Source: Enoplolaimus lenunculus (taxonomy: Eukaryota). Taken from it: 64,000 nt of DNA. Location: the NCBI GenBank assembly GCA_030248215.1, contig JASANG010003810.1, forward strand, positions 372,001-436,000, in the 5' to 3' direction. Below the pieces are notes generated by a model, which saw nothing but the letters and a program-made list of their open reading frames with translations, searched no databases and was not told where the DNA came from. This document shows, one piece after another, positions 62,421-64,000 of this stretch. The position numbers and the translations under genes are program-made. The first letter of the stretch is position 1; each line of letters opens with the position of its first letter.

Positions 62421-64000
62421 GTAAAATAATTTTATAGTTCGATGGTGGTGTTTGTTGCGTAACCAGTTATACTGACCAATAGCTTACGTTGACTTTATAG
62501 TTTAACCCTTCCTCGCATAAGAATATGCTACTGTAGTGACCCGAATACAAGAGGGTGGGTCTGATATTTATTTTTCCTCTCAAGAGAATACGCCTTTGTT
62601 AACCCCGCCGTCCGCCGTCTTCGTAATTGATATGTATCCGGTATTTTAACTATTTATTTGTCTTGTATCAGAAGCTTGAGCGAAAATGCAAGGTTATACT
62701 TACGAATGTACTTTACTTTCAAAACTTAAGTGTGATTTAAAGTTTTGAACTCAACCTTAATTTGGTCCTGGAGTCATGTATGCACTGCAATTAGGGTTAA
62801 TTTATTGACAATTATGGACTCTAATTAGGGTTAGAGGCTATTCGATTACGGACTCATTACGAATACGGACTCCTATTGATTGGGATTCAAAATGAGGACG
62901 CCCTCTTATTACTCCCGTTTTTATTTGGGACACTACAGTGCATGAACACAACGCTATTAAATGTGCCAAATGTGTCTGGCTTCTTGCTCGCTTCGGTGGC
63001 GAGTTTTGAGACTATTCCATCTTCCCGCGATTCTATTAATGGCTTGACATACTATAGACATCTTAAAATAACCACGAGATTGTAAATGTTAACAAATTTT
63101 CTCGCTTGTTACGCTCGATAGCCTACAATTTTACTAAGGATAATATTAACTCATCCGAAATGAAGTATTAAAGAACGGTAAAAACGGTTTAGGGACCTTA
63201 CCATTATCACAAAAAATTTCTGACAAGACAGGCGTACACCCCGTCTTCCGCCCTCTCTGGATACGCCAGTGGTGAGATTTTGATTCTCATTCTGAGACCC
63301 TGGATCCGCCACCGGTGCATGGTGCGAAATCTCCACCAGATGTGAGAGCTCCTTCGAGGTCGAAAATCAAACTCATACATACCTGCAGTAGTGACTCGAT
63401 TAAGATGGGGGACTGATATTTATTTTGCATCCATAGAGGTACTAGGTCCGGTATTGCTGCTCTCCGTTCAATTAAACGTTTGTTGCCTTGTGCAATAGTT
63501 TAGTTGATAATGCACTCAATTTTATTTGGTCCTGGGGTCATTTATGCATTACAGTTAGGGATAATTGACATTTATGATCTCTAATTATGGTTTATGGACT
63601 CTATCCGCTTACGGACTTTTATTAGGAATATGTACTTTTATTGCTTGACACTCAAAATGAGGCCCATTCTCTTTTCGTGTCACAACAGTTCCAGAGCAGT
63701 GATAGCAACAATATTCGATTGTAGAACCCTTGTTTTAAGTTCCAGTTTGAAACGATAGGCGTGTGACAGGGACAACCGGAAGTCTGCCTCCGGCTCCGGC
63801 AGAAAATCGACCTCGGCTTCGGCTCCGGCAGGATTTTTGCCGAAGGTTCCGGCAATTTCGGTAGTAAAATTTTGCATAATTTTGCTAAATTTATCTGTTT
63901 TCGTTTAACTTTTGTCACAATTTCACGAAAAAGTTTCCGATATTTCGCAGAAAATTAGCGTAAAACCAAACAACTTAACAACCAGGGTAAAACCGGAGGT

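Overview
Intron-rich, AT-rich animal genomic DNA. TTAGGC repeats, TTTCAG-type acceptors and a GUGA-core SECIS suggest a nematode, but this is inference. Spliced genes were reconstructed by hand: the 3' part of a C2H2 zinc-finger gene (+, to 2885); a ~28-exon PPIP5K/Vip1 inositol-pyrophosphate kinase/phosphatase with a Q41 tract (+, 6907-34615); LMW-PTP/ACP1 (+, 38394-42728); KLHDC3 (-, 47604-52781); the last two exons of selenoprotein S with an in-frame UGA and a type II SECIS (+, 57377-58325); and a probable first exon of an MSP-domain protein (62253-62420). Introns and intergenic DNA are packed with non-autonomous transposons. Main highlights: (1) a complete miniature LTR retrotransposon (TRIM) at 6043-6792 whose LTRs each carry a tRNA-derived Pol III cassette, sitting 114 bp before the PPIP5K start and sharing its PBS with a larger LTR element in the window; (2) a Sec-encoding SELENOS missed by the ORF track, oriented divergently from the C-degron receptor KLHDC3, with its middle exons apparently replaced by a rearranged LTR inverted repeat; (3) a MITE family with 8-bp TSDs that disperses (TTAGGC)n telomere-like arrays.
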